The position numbers and the translations under genes are program-made. A stretch of DNA of 64,000 nt from Eledone cirrhosa (lineage: Eukaryota), in the NCBI GenBank assembly GCA_964016885.1, contig OZ024740.1:90086001-90150000 (forward strand). The letters are read 5' to 3'. Under the pieces are notes generated by a model, which had not been told where the DNA came from, searched no databases, and saw only the letters and a program-made list of their open reading frames with translations. Shown piece after piece: positions 52,884 to 63,540 of the stretch. The first letter of the stretch is position 1, and each line of letters starts with the position of its first letter.

Positions 52884-55800
52884 TTACAGATATATACTCA
52901 GAGTCGGCCCATTCACTCGGGCCATTCTTGCTTCTCTCACCCATCTTTCAACAAAATGCTGGGAAGAGAGCACTTCCTTCTCTACTCTGATTTTCCTTTT
53001 CAAATGAAATTTGAAAAAGTCAATCAGAGCATCACCGAAGAGGTAAGTGCTCGTCTTCAGCCCTTTCAAACGTGTCCACCATACTATCTCTTTCGCCATG
53101 GCCACCAGACAGATAAAAACTGCCTGCCCTTCCCGGCTAAAGGAGGAGGGCGGGGCAATCCTCATGATAGACTCAGATGATAGCTGGATCCGTCCTAAAC
53201 GCGACAGCAGGTGTTCGACATAAACCCACAAGTCAGCAATTTTCGGACACTGGACGAGTGCGTGCAGGACGGTTTCGTCGCCCTGCGCGCATCTCGGACA
53301 TGCCCGGCTGACGGCACCTCCATGCCTGTAGAGTTTATCCCGAACTGGCAAGGCTCCTCGGTAGCACTGCCAGGCCAGAGATTTCTGGAAGTTGTCCATA
53401 GGCCCCGGCCCGAAAGTTCTTCCGAAGAGATTGGCTAGTTGATTTTCGTCGACGCCTAGAGTTTCCCCAAGTACGTCGTCGGTCTTCCCCTCCACTAATC
53501 CTCTATAGAACGCCGAGGTGGAGTTTCCACCGATCACATTGCCCGATTGGTCGAGGGCTGTGAGCGCCTGAAGACATTCCAGTCTCCAGGCGCTCCCTCT
53601 CGGTCTTCGCTTGACCCAGGACTGCAGCTCCGTCAAGGAAACGAGCTGGGGAAAAACGCGTCTAGCAAACGGCGACCACACCTGATCACCGTTGAGGAAG
53701 AGGTGGAGATGTCGTAGCCTGAGCGGGTTCCTGCGCATCATCAGCCACGGTATGCCCAGCCCTCCACGTAGCGGGTGTTGACAACAGATGGACCGCCTGA
53801 CCATCGGAGCACGTCCCTTCCACAAAAAGCGAAAGAGCAAACGCTCCAGCGCAGTCAGGCGAGGCTTAGGACAAGGTACGACGGTTAGGCGGTAGCAGAT
53901 GACAGACGCGATGTACGCGTTAGCCACCTCCGCTCGACTTTTCAGGGATAGCTTCCTCTCCGCCCATTTCTGGGTGAGAGAAGCCACCCTGCTCGTCACC
54001 TCGTCCCAGTTTTTGTCCGTCTGGAGGTCCGGACCGAACCAGACCCCTAGCAATTTAACCTGTCCGTCCGTCCAGCGCCCGACGACGCTGTTGGACGGCA
54101 TGGACCTGCCTCTCCAGGTGCCGAGCTGCAGGCCCACTGACTTTTCCTGGTTGATCATTGCTCCTGTCACCGCTTCGTATTCTCTTAGTGTAGTGCCGAT
54201 CGCCTCGATGTGTTTGGCGTTCGACACCACTACGGTGACATCGTCCGCATATGCTGACACGGATCTTCCGCATCCTAGTTCGCGCGGGACTCCCCTCAAC
54301 GTCTCCAGTTTGTGCAGTAATGGCTCGAGAGTCAATACGTACAAGAGGGACGAGAGGGGACATCCTTGGCGGACCGAGCGCATGATGTTGAACGGTTCCG
54401 ACAGGTGACCGTTCACTCTCACCACAGAGCAGATGTCGCTGTGCATGGCAGCGATCCAGCCTCTGAAGCCGGGCCCAAAGCCAGCCGCCCTCAGGACTGC
54501 CGCTAGGTAACGATGGTCGACCCTATCGAAAGCTTTCGACTGATCTAAATTGATCAAGGACCCACCCGTGCCAGGTTCCCTAGCTACCCTCTCTACGATG
54601 TATCGCATGAGGTGGAGGTTGTCGTGGATGGATCTGTCGGGAATGGCGCATGTCTGCGCCTCTCCCACCAGACCACCAACGACAAGCGCCAACCTCTTTG
54701 CTAGCACCTTGGCCAAAATCTTAAACTCTGTGTTTAGCAGAGTTATGGGCCGGAAATTGTCTATGATATCCCCCTTGTTCGGATCCTTTCTCAGCAGTGC
54801 CACCGCTCCTCGGCTCACAGAACTGGGAATTCTCCCGTTCTGTTGCCAGTTGCAGTAGACGTCCGCCAAGAGGCCTCCGAACAAGTCTGGCATCTGTACG
54901 TAAAGTTCATAGGGCAGACCATCCAAACCAGGCGATTTACCCCTTGTGCAGCCAGTCATTGCCTCCCGTACTTCAGCGGCTGTTATCGGCTTTTCGCAAC
55001 ACTTCGCCTCAGTGGCCGAGAGCCGCGGCAGTCCGTCGAGGTAGACACTAAAGTCCATCCCTCTACCCGGCCCCCCGCTGCCCCCAAACAGCTGAGCGAA
55101 GTGTCGCTGAAAAGCTTCACACATTTGCCCGGGATCGAGTAGCATGCGCCCGTCGTGGTCCACCAAAGACCGGATCGTGGCTTTGTTGCCACGACGCGCC
55201 TCCGCCACTCGGGCCCATTGAACGGCTTTCGTCCCCTCGTGTCTGAGAGCACGCACCCTAGCTCTGACAACGCAGCCTTCGTGCTTTGCATTGAAGAATT
55301 GGTCAAGGGCCAATTTCGCCGCAAGCACGTCGGTCGCAATGCCTTTGCTAAGCGCCTCGTCTAATTTTCTAACTAGTTCTCCCTCTGCTCTATTTTTCTC
55401 TATTGCTAAAGCCTTACTAAACCTAATCGATTCTATTCTAATCGCTCTTTTCAGAGCAAACCACCACTTGTTGTTGACGATGGCCCCCGTCAACACCCGC
55501 TTAACTAGTTCGCTAATCCGGTCTCTGTAGGCCTTGCGCGCTGGTAAGGACGCGTTTAGCTTCCAGTAGCCGGGTCCTCGTCTATGAAGCCTATCTAAGT
55601 CAAGCACACAGGTCACGAATTTGTGGTCCGTGTAGCTGACTATCTTGAATTGTGGACAGCCTATGCTAGACTTATCTATTTCCCTACAAAATACTCTATC
55701 TAGATATGATCTGGATGACCCTATGCGGTTTGTCCAAGTCCACATTGGCACATTCGGGAAATCCAATCGGTACCTGTCAGACAGTTCAAAACGCCTGAGC

Positions 55801-56303
55801 AGGTTGGTGAGGCTCTTGCACCCTCCACCCCTATCCGCTAATCCCACACAGTCCCAGCGTGCATCTAAGATCCCGTTCCAGTCGCCCACTAACACTAAAG
55901 AGCGGGACGTTCCAAGAAAGGTCTCCAGACGCCGGAAGAAATCAGGCCGCCCTGCTCCTGTCGGGGCATAGACGGCCACTAGCCTGAAAGCTTGCCCGTC
56001 TCCGCTGGTCACGTCCAGCACCACCAGCTTACCCTCTGGGTCCAGGAAGATGGCCCGTATGGCGAGATCCAAACCTCTCCGAAAAAGCACAGCAACTCCT
56101 CCACCCGATCCAGGACGGCTGGGAGATGCGTACACATCGTAGCCGCCGAAGATCGGTGCGAAGGCCCGTGCTTCGGAGATTCTGGTCTCGCTGATGGCCA
56201 CTACATCTATGTTTAGTGACCTGAGGACGTTGAGCAGGTGACCCTGCTTCCATGACGACCCCAAGCCACGCGCATTTATGCTGCCTATTCTGAGTGAGGT
56301 CAT
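52884..56303 (-). CDS. LINE ORF2: APE endonuclease + reverse transcriptase + C-terminal Cys/His knuckle, 1139 aa, uninterrupted
   Basis: SINARG, SET, VYAP, GDWN, SYLD, TDH; KSPGLDG, FRPITLLN, DQSKAFD, RQGCPLS, YADD; CPRC...ETVLHALVQC. Confidence 0.97.
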   Translation of the reverse strand: MTSLRIGSINARGLGSSWKQGHLLNVLRSLNIDVVAISETRISEARAFAPIFGGYDVYASPSRPGSGGGVAVLFRRGLDLAIRAIFLDPEGKLVVLDVTSGDGQAFRLVAVYAPTGAGRPDFFRRLETFLGTSRSLVLVGDWNGILDARWDCVGLADRGGGCKSLTNLLRRFELSDRYRLDFPNVPMWTWTNRIGSSRSYLDRVFCREIDKSSIGCPQFKIVSYTDHKFVTCVLDLDRLHRRGPGYWKLNASLPARKAYRDRISELVKRVLTGAIVNNKWWFALKRAIRIESIRFSKALAIEKNRAEGELVRKLDEALSKGIATDVLAAKLALDQFFNAKHEGCVVRARVRALRHEGTKAVQWARVAEARRGNKATIRSLVDHDGRMLLDPGQMCEAFQRHFAQLFGGSGGPGRGMDFSVYLDGLPRLSATEAKCCEKPITAAEVREAMTGCTRGKSPGLDGLPYELYVQMPDLFGGLLADVYCNWQQNGRIPSSVSRGAVALLRKDPNKGDIIDNFRPITLLNTEFKILAKVLAKRLALVVGGLVGEAQTCAIPDRSIHDNLHLMRYIVERVAREPGTGGSLINLDQSKAFDRVDHRYLAAVLRAAGFGPGFRGWIAAMHSDICSVVRVNGHLSEPFNIMRSVRQGCPLSSLLYVLTLEPLLHKLETLRGVPRELGCGRSVSAYADDVTVVVSNAKHIEAIGTTLREYEAVTGAMINQEKSVGLQLGTWRGRSMPSNSVVGRWTDGQVKLLGVWFGPDLQTDKNWDEVTSRVASLTQKWAERKLSLKSRAEVANAYIASVICYRLTVVPCPKPRLTALERLLFRFLWKGRAPMVRRSICCQHPLRGGLGIPWLMMRRNPLRLRHLHLFLNGDQVWSPFARRVFPQLVSLTELQSWVKRRPRGSAWRLECLQALTALDQSGNVIGGNSTSAFYRGLVEGKTDDVLGETLGVDENQLANLFGRTFGPGPMDNFQKSLAWQCYRGALPVRDKLYRHGGAVSRACPRCAQGDETVLHALVQCPKIADLWVYVEHLLSRLGRIQLSSESIMRIAPPSSFSREGQAVFICLVAMAKEIVWWTRLKGLKTSTYLFGDALIDFFKFHLKRKIRVEKEVLSSQHFVERWVREARMARVNGPTLSIYL

Positions 56304-56338
56304 GTTTAAAATAGAGTGGAAAAGATGGGAAAGACCAC

Positions 56339-56647
56339 TTACCGTACTTTTGGTAGAGGAGGGATGGTTTTTACATCCCTTTTCACTTGATCGTCTGGTG
56401 AAGGGACCGTTGAATCGTCCCTTCGGCTGGTCGTCGGCTCTTCTAAGAGAATGTCTGAATATACTCTTCGATTGATGGTTCCTCCTAGGTCCCTGAAATC
56501 ACCAACTGCGTTGGGGAATTTCGTTTTAATGTTTGTGTATTGTTTCTGTGCTATTTTTAGCAGTCTTATGTTAGTTGGCGTTTTGATTGGTGCTGGTATT
56601 ATGTAGTCCTGTTGTGAAATGTCTGTGTGTTCAATTATGCAAGTCAT
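56339..56647 (-). CDS. 102-aa ORF between ORF1 and ORF2; probably the frameshifted C-terminus of ORF1
   Basis: Overlaps the ORF1 stop by 17 nt and fills the inter-ORF gap; normal amino-acid composition. Confidence 0.4.
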   Translation of the reverse strand: MTCIIEHTDISQQDYIIPAPIKTPTNIRLLKIAQKQYTNIKTKFPNAVGDFRDLGGTINRRVYSDILLEEPTTSRRDDSTVPSPDDQVKRDVKTIPPLPKVR

Positions 56648-58427
56648 TAGTTTCTTGTTGTGTGTGTTTATTGCCGTGCATTTGTTTTTCTGGGGGTGTG
56701 GTTCTGCTATTTTCTTGTTGTTGTTGCTGGGTGTGTGTGTTTTGTTGTTGTGTTTGCGATGTTGGTGCTTGTGGTGGTGGTGTTGAAGGTGTTGTTGGCG
56801 GTGGGGTTGTCGCCGGTGGTGATGGTGGCGCTAGTGTGGGTGGTGATGGTGTTGGTGTTGTTGCTGCTGTGGGTCTCTTTGCAGTAGACTTTACCCTTTT
56901 CTCATTTCTTTCCTCCCTTTTCAAAGGCGACGATGCGCTGCTTCTGCGTTTGTGCCTTCTTACGACCTTTTGCCATCTCTCTCCCACCTCACACTCCATG
57001 TCTGATTCTGTGAGGTCGGGGAGGGGTACCAACTCCACTCTTTCACTTGTTGTTGTTGGTGATGTTTGCACTGGAGTCTCTGTTGCAGCTGCATTTGGTA
57101 TTGCTGTTGTTGTTGTTAGTATTTCCACTGCTGCTGCTGTTTTTGATTTCCGTGGAGTGGGTATGGGTGCCACGGGCCTATCGTTCCTGGTTGCCGCTTG
57201 TCCTGTTGCTGGTAGCCGTGGAGCCGGATTCGGAAGGAGGGGGGTTTTCTCCTTTCTCAGGGTCTTCTCGTTGCAGAAGGCCCTGAGGTGAGTCTTCGAT
57301 CCACAGCGAAAGCATTTCGGGCGTTTGCCCTCAACACTTATGGGCAGTTGAGTGCCGTTATCGAAGTCTATCACATCCGGGATAGCTTCGATGCACTCCT
57401 GGTTGGTTTGGATTAGCATCTCAATGGAGGAGCCGACCCAATCTTCTCTTACTTTTTTCTGTACTTGCAGTACAGTTGTTTTGTCCTCGATTCCGACGAG
57501 GACAGACGCGGCCAGCCAAGAAGGGGTCATTCCGGGGGGGACGTGGGTCAGCTTGACCCTCACAATTTTTTGCCCGCAGTAGGAGGGCACCAACACCATT
57601 TCCTCGCTCCTTAGGGTCACTACTGATTGGGCCTTTGCCTCCTGGGGTGTGGCAAAAAGTACGTCTACGGTGGCATATTTTTTGCCTCGGGTGATGTGCG
57701 TTTTCCGCTGCCACACAGACCCCAAGGCTTTTTGTATTTGGGCCTCTGTGGCTCTTTCCACCCTACGGGATTTTGTACTTACTGTACGGTACGTGACCGT
57801 ACAGTGCTCTTGGGTTTCGAAAAATTTTTCCGCTGCCTTGCAGATTGCTCGGTGTCCGTTCTTTGTCACCATCTTCTTCGCTTCCTCTAATTCCTCATTT
57901 GTTATGAGGATTGTTTCCAAGTTTTTCGCAATACCTGCAAATGAGATTGGTTTTTCTCTGCTGTTGTTGTTGTCGTCAGAGCTGCTGGTACTTTTGTTGT
58001 TGCTGCAGGTACTACGACTACTGCCTCCGCCGCTGTTGCTGTGGTTGTTGTTGGTGTTTCTGCTGCTAATGCTGTTGTTGTTTATGCTGCTGGTGATGCT
58101 GTTGCGGCTGCTACTGTTGTTTTCATTGTCACTGTTGCTGTTGTTATTACGGCTGCTACTGCTATTATTCCTGACGTCAGACGAATGAACTGGGTTTTCG
58201 TATTTCCCGCACACCTGTTTCGCTGTCGTCGTCGTCGTGGAGAAACCTTGCACGCTTTGCACGAGACTTTTCTTTTCTTTCGTCACTTGCGAAAGAGAAG
58301 GGAGGGAGAGAGACACATTTAAAGAAGGGAGGGAGAGAGACAATCTTCTCTCTGCTGTAGTGATGATTGAGGAAGAAGAAGACGGAATGAGTGGGAGTGA
58401 CGTATGAAATTTCTTTTTCGTAGCCAT
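56631..58427 (-). CDS. LINE ORF1, gag-like nucleic-acid-binding protein with CCHC zinc knuckle
   Basis: CFRCGSKTHLRAFC (CX2CX4HX4C); Ser/Asn- and Pro/Thr-rich flanks; first ATG at 58427 (ORF track start at 58472 is TTG). Confidence 0.9.
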   Translation of the reverse strand: MATKKKFHTSLPLIPSSSSSIITTAERRLSLSLPSLNVSLSLPSLSQVTKEKKSLVQSVQGFSTTTTTAKQVCGKYENPVHSSDVRNNSSSSRNNNSNSDNENNSSSRNSITSSINNNSISSRNTNNNHSNSGGGSSRSTCSNNKSTSSSDDNNNSREKPISFAGIAKNLETILITNEELEEAKKMVTKNGHRAICKAAEKFFETQEHCTVTYRTVSTKSRRVERATEAQIQKALGSVWQRKTHITRGKKYATVDVLFATPQEAKAQSVVTLRSEEMVLVPSYCGQKIVRVKLTHVPPGMTPSWLAASVLVGIEDKTTVLQVQKKVREDWVGSSIEMLIQTNQECIEAIPDVIDFDNGTQLPISVEGKRPKCFRCGSKTHLRAFCNEKTLRKEKTPLLPNPAPRLPATGQAATRNDRPVAPIPTPRKSKTAAAVEILTTTTAIPNAAATETPVQTSPTTTSERVELVPLPDLTESDMECEVGERWQKVVRRHKRRSSASSPLKREERNEKRVKSTAKRPTAATTPTPSPPTLAPPSPPATTPPPTTPSTPPPQAPTSQTQQQNTHTQQQQQENSRTTPPEKQMHGNKHTQQETNDLHN

Positions 58428-58669
58428 GTTGTTTTTTTGTTTAAAATGAAATTTTGGGTACAAAACCCCCAATAACTGGTTATTTAACCCCGAAGGGCCA
58501 AATAACGGACAGAAAGACCCCTCTCACGAGGAGGAGGGTGTCTTTATCAACAATTTGGTTCAAGTTTTAAACAATTTACAATTGTTTTAACGGTTAAAAA
58601 TTACTATACCTTACAGAGCCGAGCCTCCGTCAACCATGGCATTCAATAATAATAATAATAATAATAATA

Positions 58670-59438
58670 TTATGCAGAACAATTATATGAAAGAAGTAAA
58701 ATAAGAAAATTTTAGAAATTAAAAATTAACTTACTTACTAAAATGTTCAATTTAGTAAGTATGTTAATTTTTAATTTTTAAAATTTTCTTATTTTACGTC
58801 TTTCATATAATTGTTCTGCTACCCCCGGCATAGAACCACCTAGGTACTATTACATAACCTATATATTTGCTAGCATTAGTGTACATCTGTACGCATATGT
58901 TGGTAGATGTACTAATTCTCTATATTTATCTCTAAATTATTTATTTGTTGAGCAAACTTGCCAAATCCACTGCTAATTCATAGTAGTAGTAGTAGGCTCT
59001 TGTCATAATACCACCCACTCCTACTGACTAACCTCAGTGTCACGTGATTGATTCTTTAGAGGCATGGAACTTTTTCAGTGCTATGGAATTTAGTCCTCGC
59101 TAGCTATTCCATCCACTGAATTATTATTTTTATATGAGTTCCTAGTGTCCGCGCATTGCCTGGGAACTTAGCTGAGAATAGACTCCCTGATGACGTAATG
59201 AATTCTCGACAGTTACATTGCGTAACTGTATTTATCCCATTACAGAAACTAATTAGTTGGAGTGAACATTTTAGTAAGTAAGTTAATTTTTAATTTTTAA
59301 AATTTTCTTAATTTACGTCTTTCATATAATTGTTCTGCATCCCCCTGCATAGAACCACCTAGGTACTATGACATAACTTATATATTTGCTAGCATTAGTG
59401 TACATCTGTACGCATATGTTGGTAGATGTACTAATTCT
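58670..59438 (+). mobile_element. Non-coding ~519-bp hammerhead unit (1.3 tandem copies) with short inverted 5' arm; retrozyme/solo-pLTR-like
   Basis: 58751-58920 repeats at 59270-59438; 58670-58748 is the reverse complement of 59263-59340. Confidence 0.75.
59182..59263 (+). ncRNA. Hammerhead ribozyme, palindromic stem III, two-tier stem II
   Basis: ACTCC-CTGATGA-C-GTAATG..(ACAGTTAC/GTAACTGT)..CATTAC-A-GAAA-CTAATTAG-TT-GGAGT. Confidence 0.85.
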
Positions 59439-59454
59439 CTCTCTCTCTCTCTCC

Positions 59455-59580
<126 letters not shown>

Positions 59581-59624
59581 AGAAGAAGTTTATGAAATGG
59601 AAATGCGGGTATACAGAATTTATT

Positions 59625-59741
59625 AGGGAACAATTGTTTCTATAGTGTATGGGTTACCTATACCTCGCTATTTGAATAATATTAAAATATTATCATAAAC
59701 CGAAGGTACACTGTAAGCAAACACACCATGTCGTCAGACCT
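59625..59741 (-). ncRNA. Hammerhead motif with ~90-nt rod-like stem II
   Basis: AGGT-CTGACGA-C-ATGGTGTGT...ATACACTAT-A-GAAA-CAATTG-TT-CCCT; one mismatch in stem I. Confidence 0.65.
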
Positions 59742-62319
59742 TTGTATTGGAATAATATGAAAATATTTTATACACTAGATAAAATATAAAGAAGGAGGTA
59801 GGAAGAGAAGGGGAAGAGGGAAGTGAATAAGGTGAAGGGAGTCTTAGGATTTAAGACTGTCAGACTAGTAGAGATTGTAAGGAGAGAATGTTTTGGCAGC
59901 AGTTAGCTTAATGAGGCGTGTTAGGGTTGGCGGGGGAAGTAAATTCTTCTAGTGGTGTTGTTCGGACAACATTTAGTTAAAGGGGTCAAAGTGGTACAGT
60001 GTCACAGACAAGTTATTGGGGCTATTATAGTAGCAGGTTATTTCTAAAGGGGTCCAGAAAACAGTGTTTAGTACTATTATTATAGAAAGCCATATCTTGT
60101 GTATAAACATATAAAACAGAAATTTGCAAACGTTGGGGTAAAAAGGTAACATTATATGCATTTAAAAAAAGAAAAAGTCGTTTTCAAATGATGGTTACAG
60201 TATAGAGAACGTTCAATTTTGCTGTTCAAAAGTTTGTTTACCGACGTTAAAATGCAGTATATCTCCAAATTGCATAACATCGATTCTGTAACTTATGCAA
60301 TTTGGAGATACTTAACACAAGTTTTTACATGCTTTTTGGATACGTAAAACTTATCGACACTTATATCTGCAAAGTCATGACATAAATCATGCAGGAAATT
60401 TGAACATAGTACGACACATATAATCAACATCCGGCTCAGCATATATTTACACATTTTAATATCAAAGAGTATAAACTGATTTCTGAATTTGATTAAATTT
60501 ATAGGATTAAAATATACATAAATACATCCTCGTAATTCTCAACACATTTCTGGTACAAATTATTGTTTATCTATGCATGTAATATGTTGTCAAGAGAGTT
60601 TGCAAATAAATTCATGGGCTTGTATAATAATAAACACAATTTGATAGCAATGAATACATTTCTTTATGTTTCGCTTATTGGATAAAGAAGACCTATACAG
60701 TTCAAAGGTAATGACCTCGTAAATAGTTGTTACATGCATGATGCAAAACATTTAAGAATTTGTCCATGTCGTTTACAAGCTATTTACATTTCATACAAAC
60801 GATGTTCGCATTATATTTATTCCGTTCTTATGCTTTAACTCTTACCCTATATAATTGAATTTAAGCACATAATTTCATTTCTTTTATTTAGAATCAAAGG
60901 GTATTATAGAGTTTGCTAAAATTGGCTTCGTCTTGAATTATGTACAATTCCTCTGAATGATTAGTTTGAATTTATATTATCCCTTTCTTATAGTTTAGGG
61001 AATACTATTTTGAATGAAGTGCCAATTGCTTAAACTACATAAACATATGCTATTTTGTAAGATATATAAGGTCTTAAAACTTCTGCCATGTATATTTTGA
61101 GTTAATATATTTAATGATATTCTAATAATCAGCACATATAAGAGCGTTTCAAGTTGATTGGCTTACTGAAAAGATAAATGAGAAATTATAAAGCTTATAA
61201 AAACGTGTGAATTTATCATATTCTTATTGAATAGAATAGTTTTTCTTTACCTCGCGGTACTCAGCTAACGGAAGGACATCTTATATTCGTACCTTCAAAA
61301 CGATAAATTCTGTATTTAATAACGCAATGGGGATGTTTATTCAATTTCAATTAAAGACCACAATACGAAAGTATTTATGTTGATGTTTTCAGGAAATATC
61401 AAGGAGGACGCTCTGGGTTCGATTCATCCACATACACAATAATTGGCCCCTTAGGCACTTTTTCGCCTACAATGTACATACGTAGCAGGTCTGTTCAATA
61501 TTTAAACACCATATTCACCACATATTGTTTTGTTAAAATGAAACGTTTTCATATATATTTTTCTGGATTTCTTTATAAACTGATTTGCGTAACGACTAAT
61601 GATTTATAATTATAATATCTTATCGCATGTGGGAATTATATGATAGGTAATATGATTAGTTTTATTATAGGTAACTAATTCTAAAATTAGCAGATATCCA
61701 GCAACCTAGAGAAAGGGAAATTGGATTACATGTACTGCGGTAATTTACTGATATATTATTTTATCGGAATAGGAAAGTGGAAGTCCAAATTTGATCCTGT
61801 CGGGATTTGAATATAGGATGAGTAAACGAAATAGTAATCCTTTTATGACGAAACTGATGAAGCTCTCTCTATATTTATATTAAACATTAAAGAGAAAATA
61901 AACTATTGCCTATCTTCTGACGTTTCTGTTCAGAGGTACATCACATGTTTGAAGTGAGCCCCATTGAATCCAGGACTTTCTTGAGGTACATAATGAAGTT
62001 GAAGCTTTTTTTAATTTAGCTCCGTGTTTATGTTAGCTTTGTTGACACATACGCTATCATCCAGTTAGACCCAACGCAAGTAAACGGGGACATAACGCAG
62101 GGCTTTGTGAGACCTACTCAAAATCAGTCTTTAAACTGATCAGCCATTCTCCTGACTCATTGGAGCGGTGGGAACTCTCACTGTCAAGCTGGAATCAGAT
62201 TTATTCATTGGAAATGAGTTCATGGTTTTTTTTAAATCTGCCAGAGATCCTTCATTTGGGGCTGTCACGGCGAGAACATTTTTCTTCGCCGCATAGAAAT
62301 TATAATATCAAATGGCGTT

Positions 62320-62600
62320 GGATCCGGTTTTATGATACCGGCTTCATAGTTTCTGTAGATAGTCACTGATCTTGTGCTGATATCGTCAGTCCAGCATTCT
62401 CCAATTTCAGTCCAGAAGATACTAAACACTGATAGGTTAATTTGCTGTCAACATCAGGATTGTTAGCTCTTTAAGAATACTTTCCAATGAGTTTTTTGCC
62501 ATACCTCTACTTTTTTCCTTACTAACATCTTCTATACAATGACGTTTGCCTATTTTACTCTTTCTACTATTGTATTTTCATCATTAAAGGGAACGTTCGG
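62320..62600 (-). pseudogene. Old fragment of the second R4/Dong family
   Basis: Minus strand GAGCTAACAATCCTGATGTTGAC...TCTGGACTGAAAT...ATATCAGCACAAGATCAGTG matches ~51700-51805. Confidence 0.75.
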
Positions 62601-62714
62601 AATGTGTAGTCCATTAGAGTATATGTGTGGTTAGAATAATCAGTTCAGGATTGCCACACAGAGAAATTGATTCCTGGCATGCATTAGATCATACGTGAGA
62701 ATGTTTCTTTGCAT

Positions 62715-62950
62715 GCTCAAAAGAACCGGACGTTCGGGGAATTAGCAGATTCGATAGCGCGTCGGACACCATACTTTGCGACATAGAGGTACGGCCTTTT
62801 ATGTTCTGAGTTCAAATACCACGGATATTAGCTTTGCCTTTCATCCTCATGGGGTCGATAGAATAATGTACCATGCTTAAGGAGTCAATTTAATTGACTT
62901 TCTCATCCCCACAAATTGTTGAACTTGTGCCTGAATCAGAAACCATTATA
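62715..62950 (+). mobile_element. Older copy of the tRNA-derived SINE
   Basis: CTGAGTTCAAAT...GCCTTTCATCCTCATGGGGTCGATA...CTTGTGCCT..AGAAAC. Confidence 0.7.
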
Positions 62951-63319
62951 TTAGTTAAAACAGAAGATCTCCGAGTACTAATTGTGGGTGCGACTTACAC
63001 CTTAATTTAATAAGCAGGTATTCAGGTGATCAGACTATTTATTCATTCGTCGAAAAAACGGCAGATGATCGGGAGGAGTGTGTGTTTGGTTATTTGTTTT
63101 CAAATATGTTCGATTCGATCGTAAATGAATTAAGTAAGCAAAACATACCCATTGATTGTATAATAACTATTTATTAAAATAAATTTCGCGAAGGTAATAT
63201 ATAATCAATATACTCTACTGTTGCATGTACATACCTACATATATACGTACTGTAACACACACACACACACGATGTTTACACATATACACGCCAAACACAC
63301 ACACATATATATGTATATG

Positions 63320-63540
63320 GGTTAAGACGCCCTTCGGTCATGAATGTCCATCCATTTTGGACCAAGATGGATGACCTCCGATGCACAAGCCGGGGTAAGA
63401 TGTTTTGTGGAAGACCAACAGTCACCCACGTATACCAGTCTCCCTAGTTTATGGCACCGATGTCGTTCAAGGGAATGGCAGAGTCTGATACATCTTGAAC
63501 CAACGGCATCACTCATATCTATACGTGAGTGAACTGGTAC
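63320..63540 (-). repeat. Probable interspersed repeat (SINE/LINE 3'-like), unclassified
   Basis: GC-richer island abutting a microsatellite; single copy in this window. Confidence 0.3.

Larger units (their letters stand above)
52623..58645 (-). mobile_element. Full-length Tx1/L1-clade LINE flanked by (AAT)n
   Basis: 5' UTR, ORF1, ORF2, 3' UTR with AATAAA just before (ATT)n; (AAT)n on both sides. Confidence 0.93.

Noticed and set aside
60000-62300. Host exons, e.g. the AG...GT segment at ~61933-61985
   Set aside because: No recognisable peptide and weak splice signals; small exons cannot be excluded without RNA-seq
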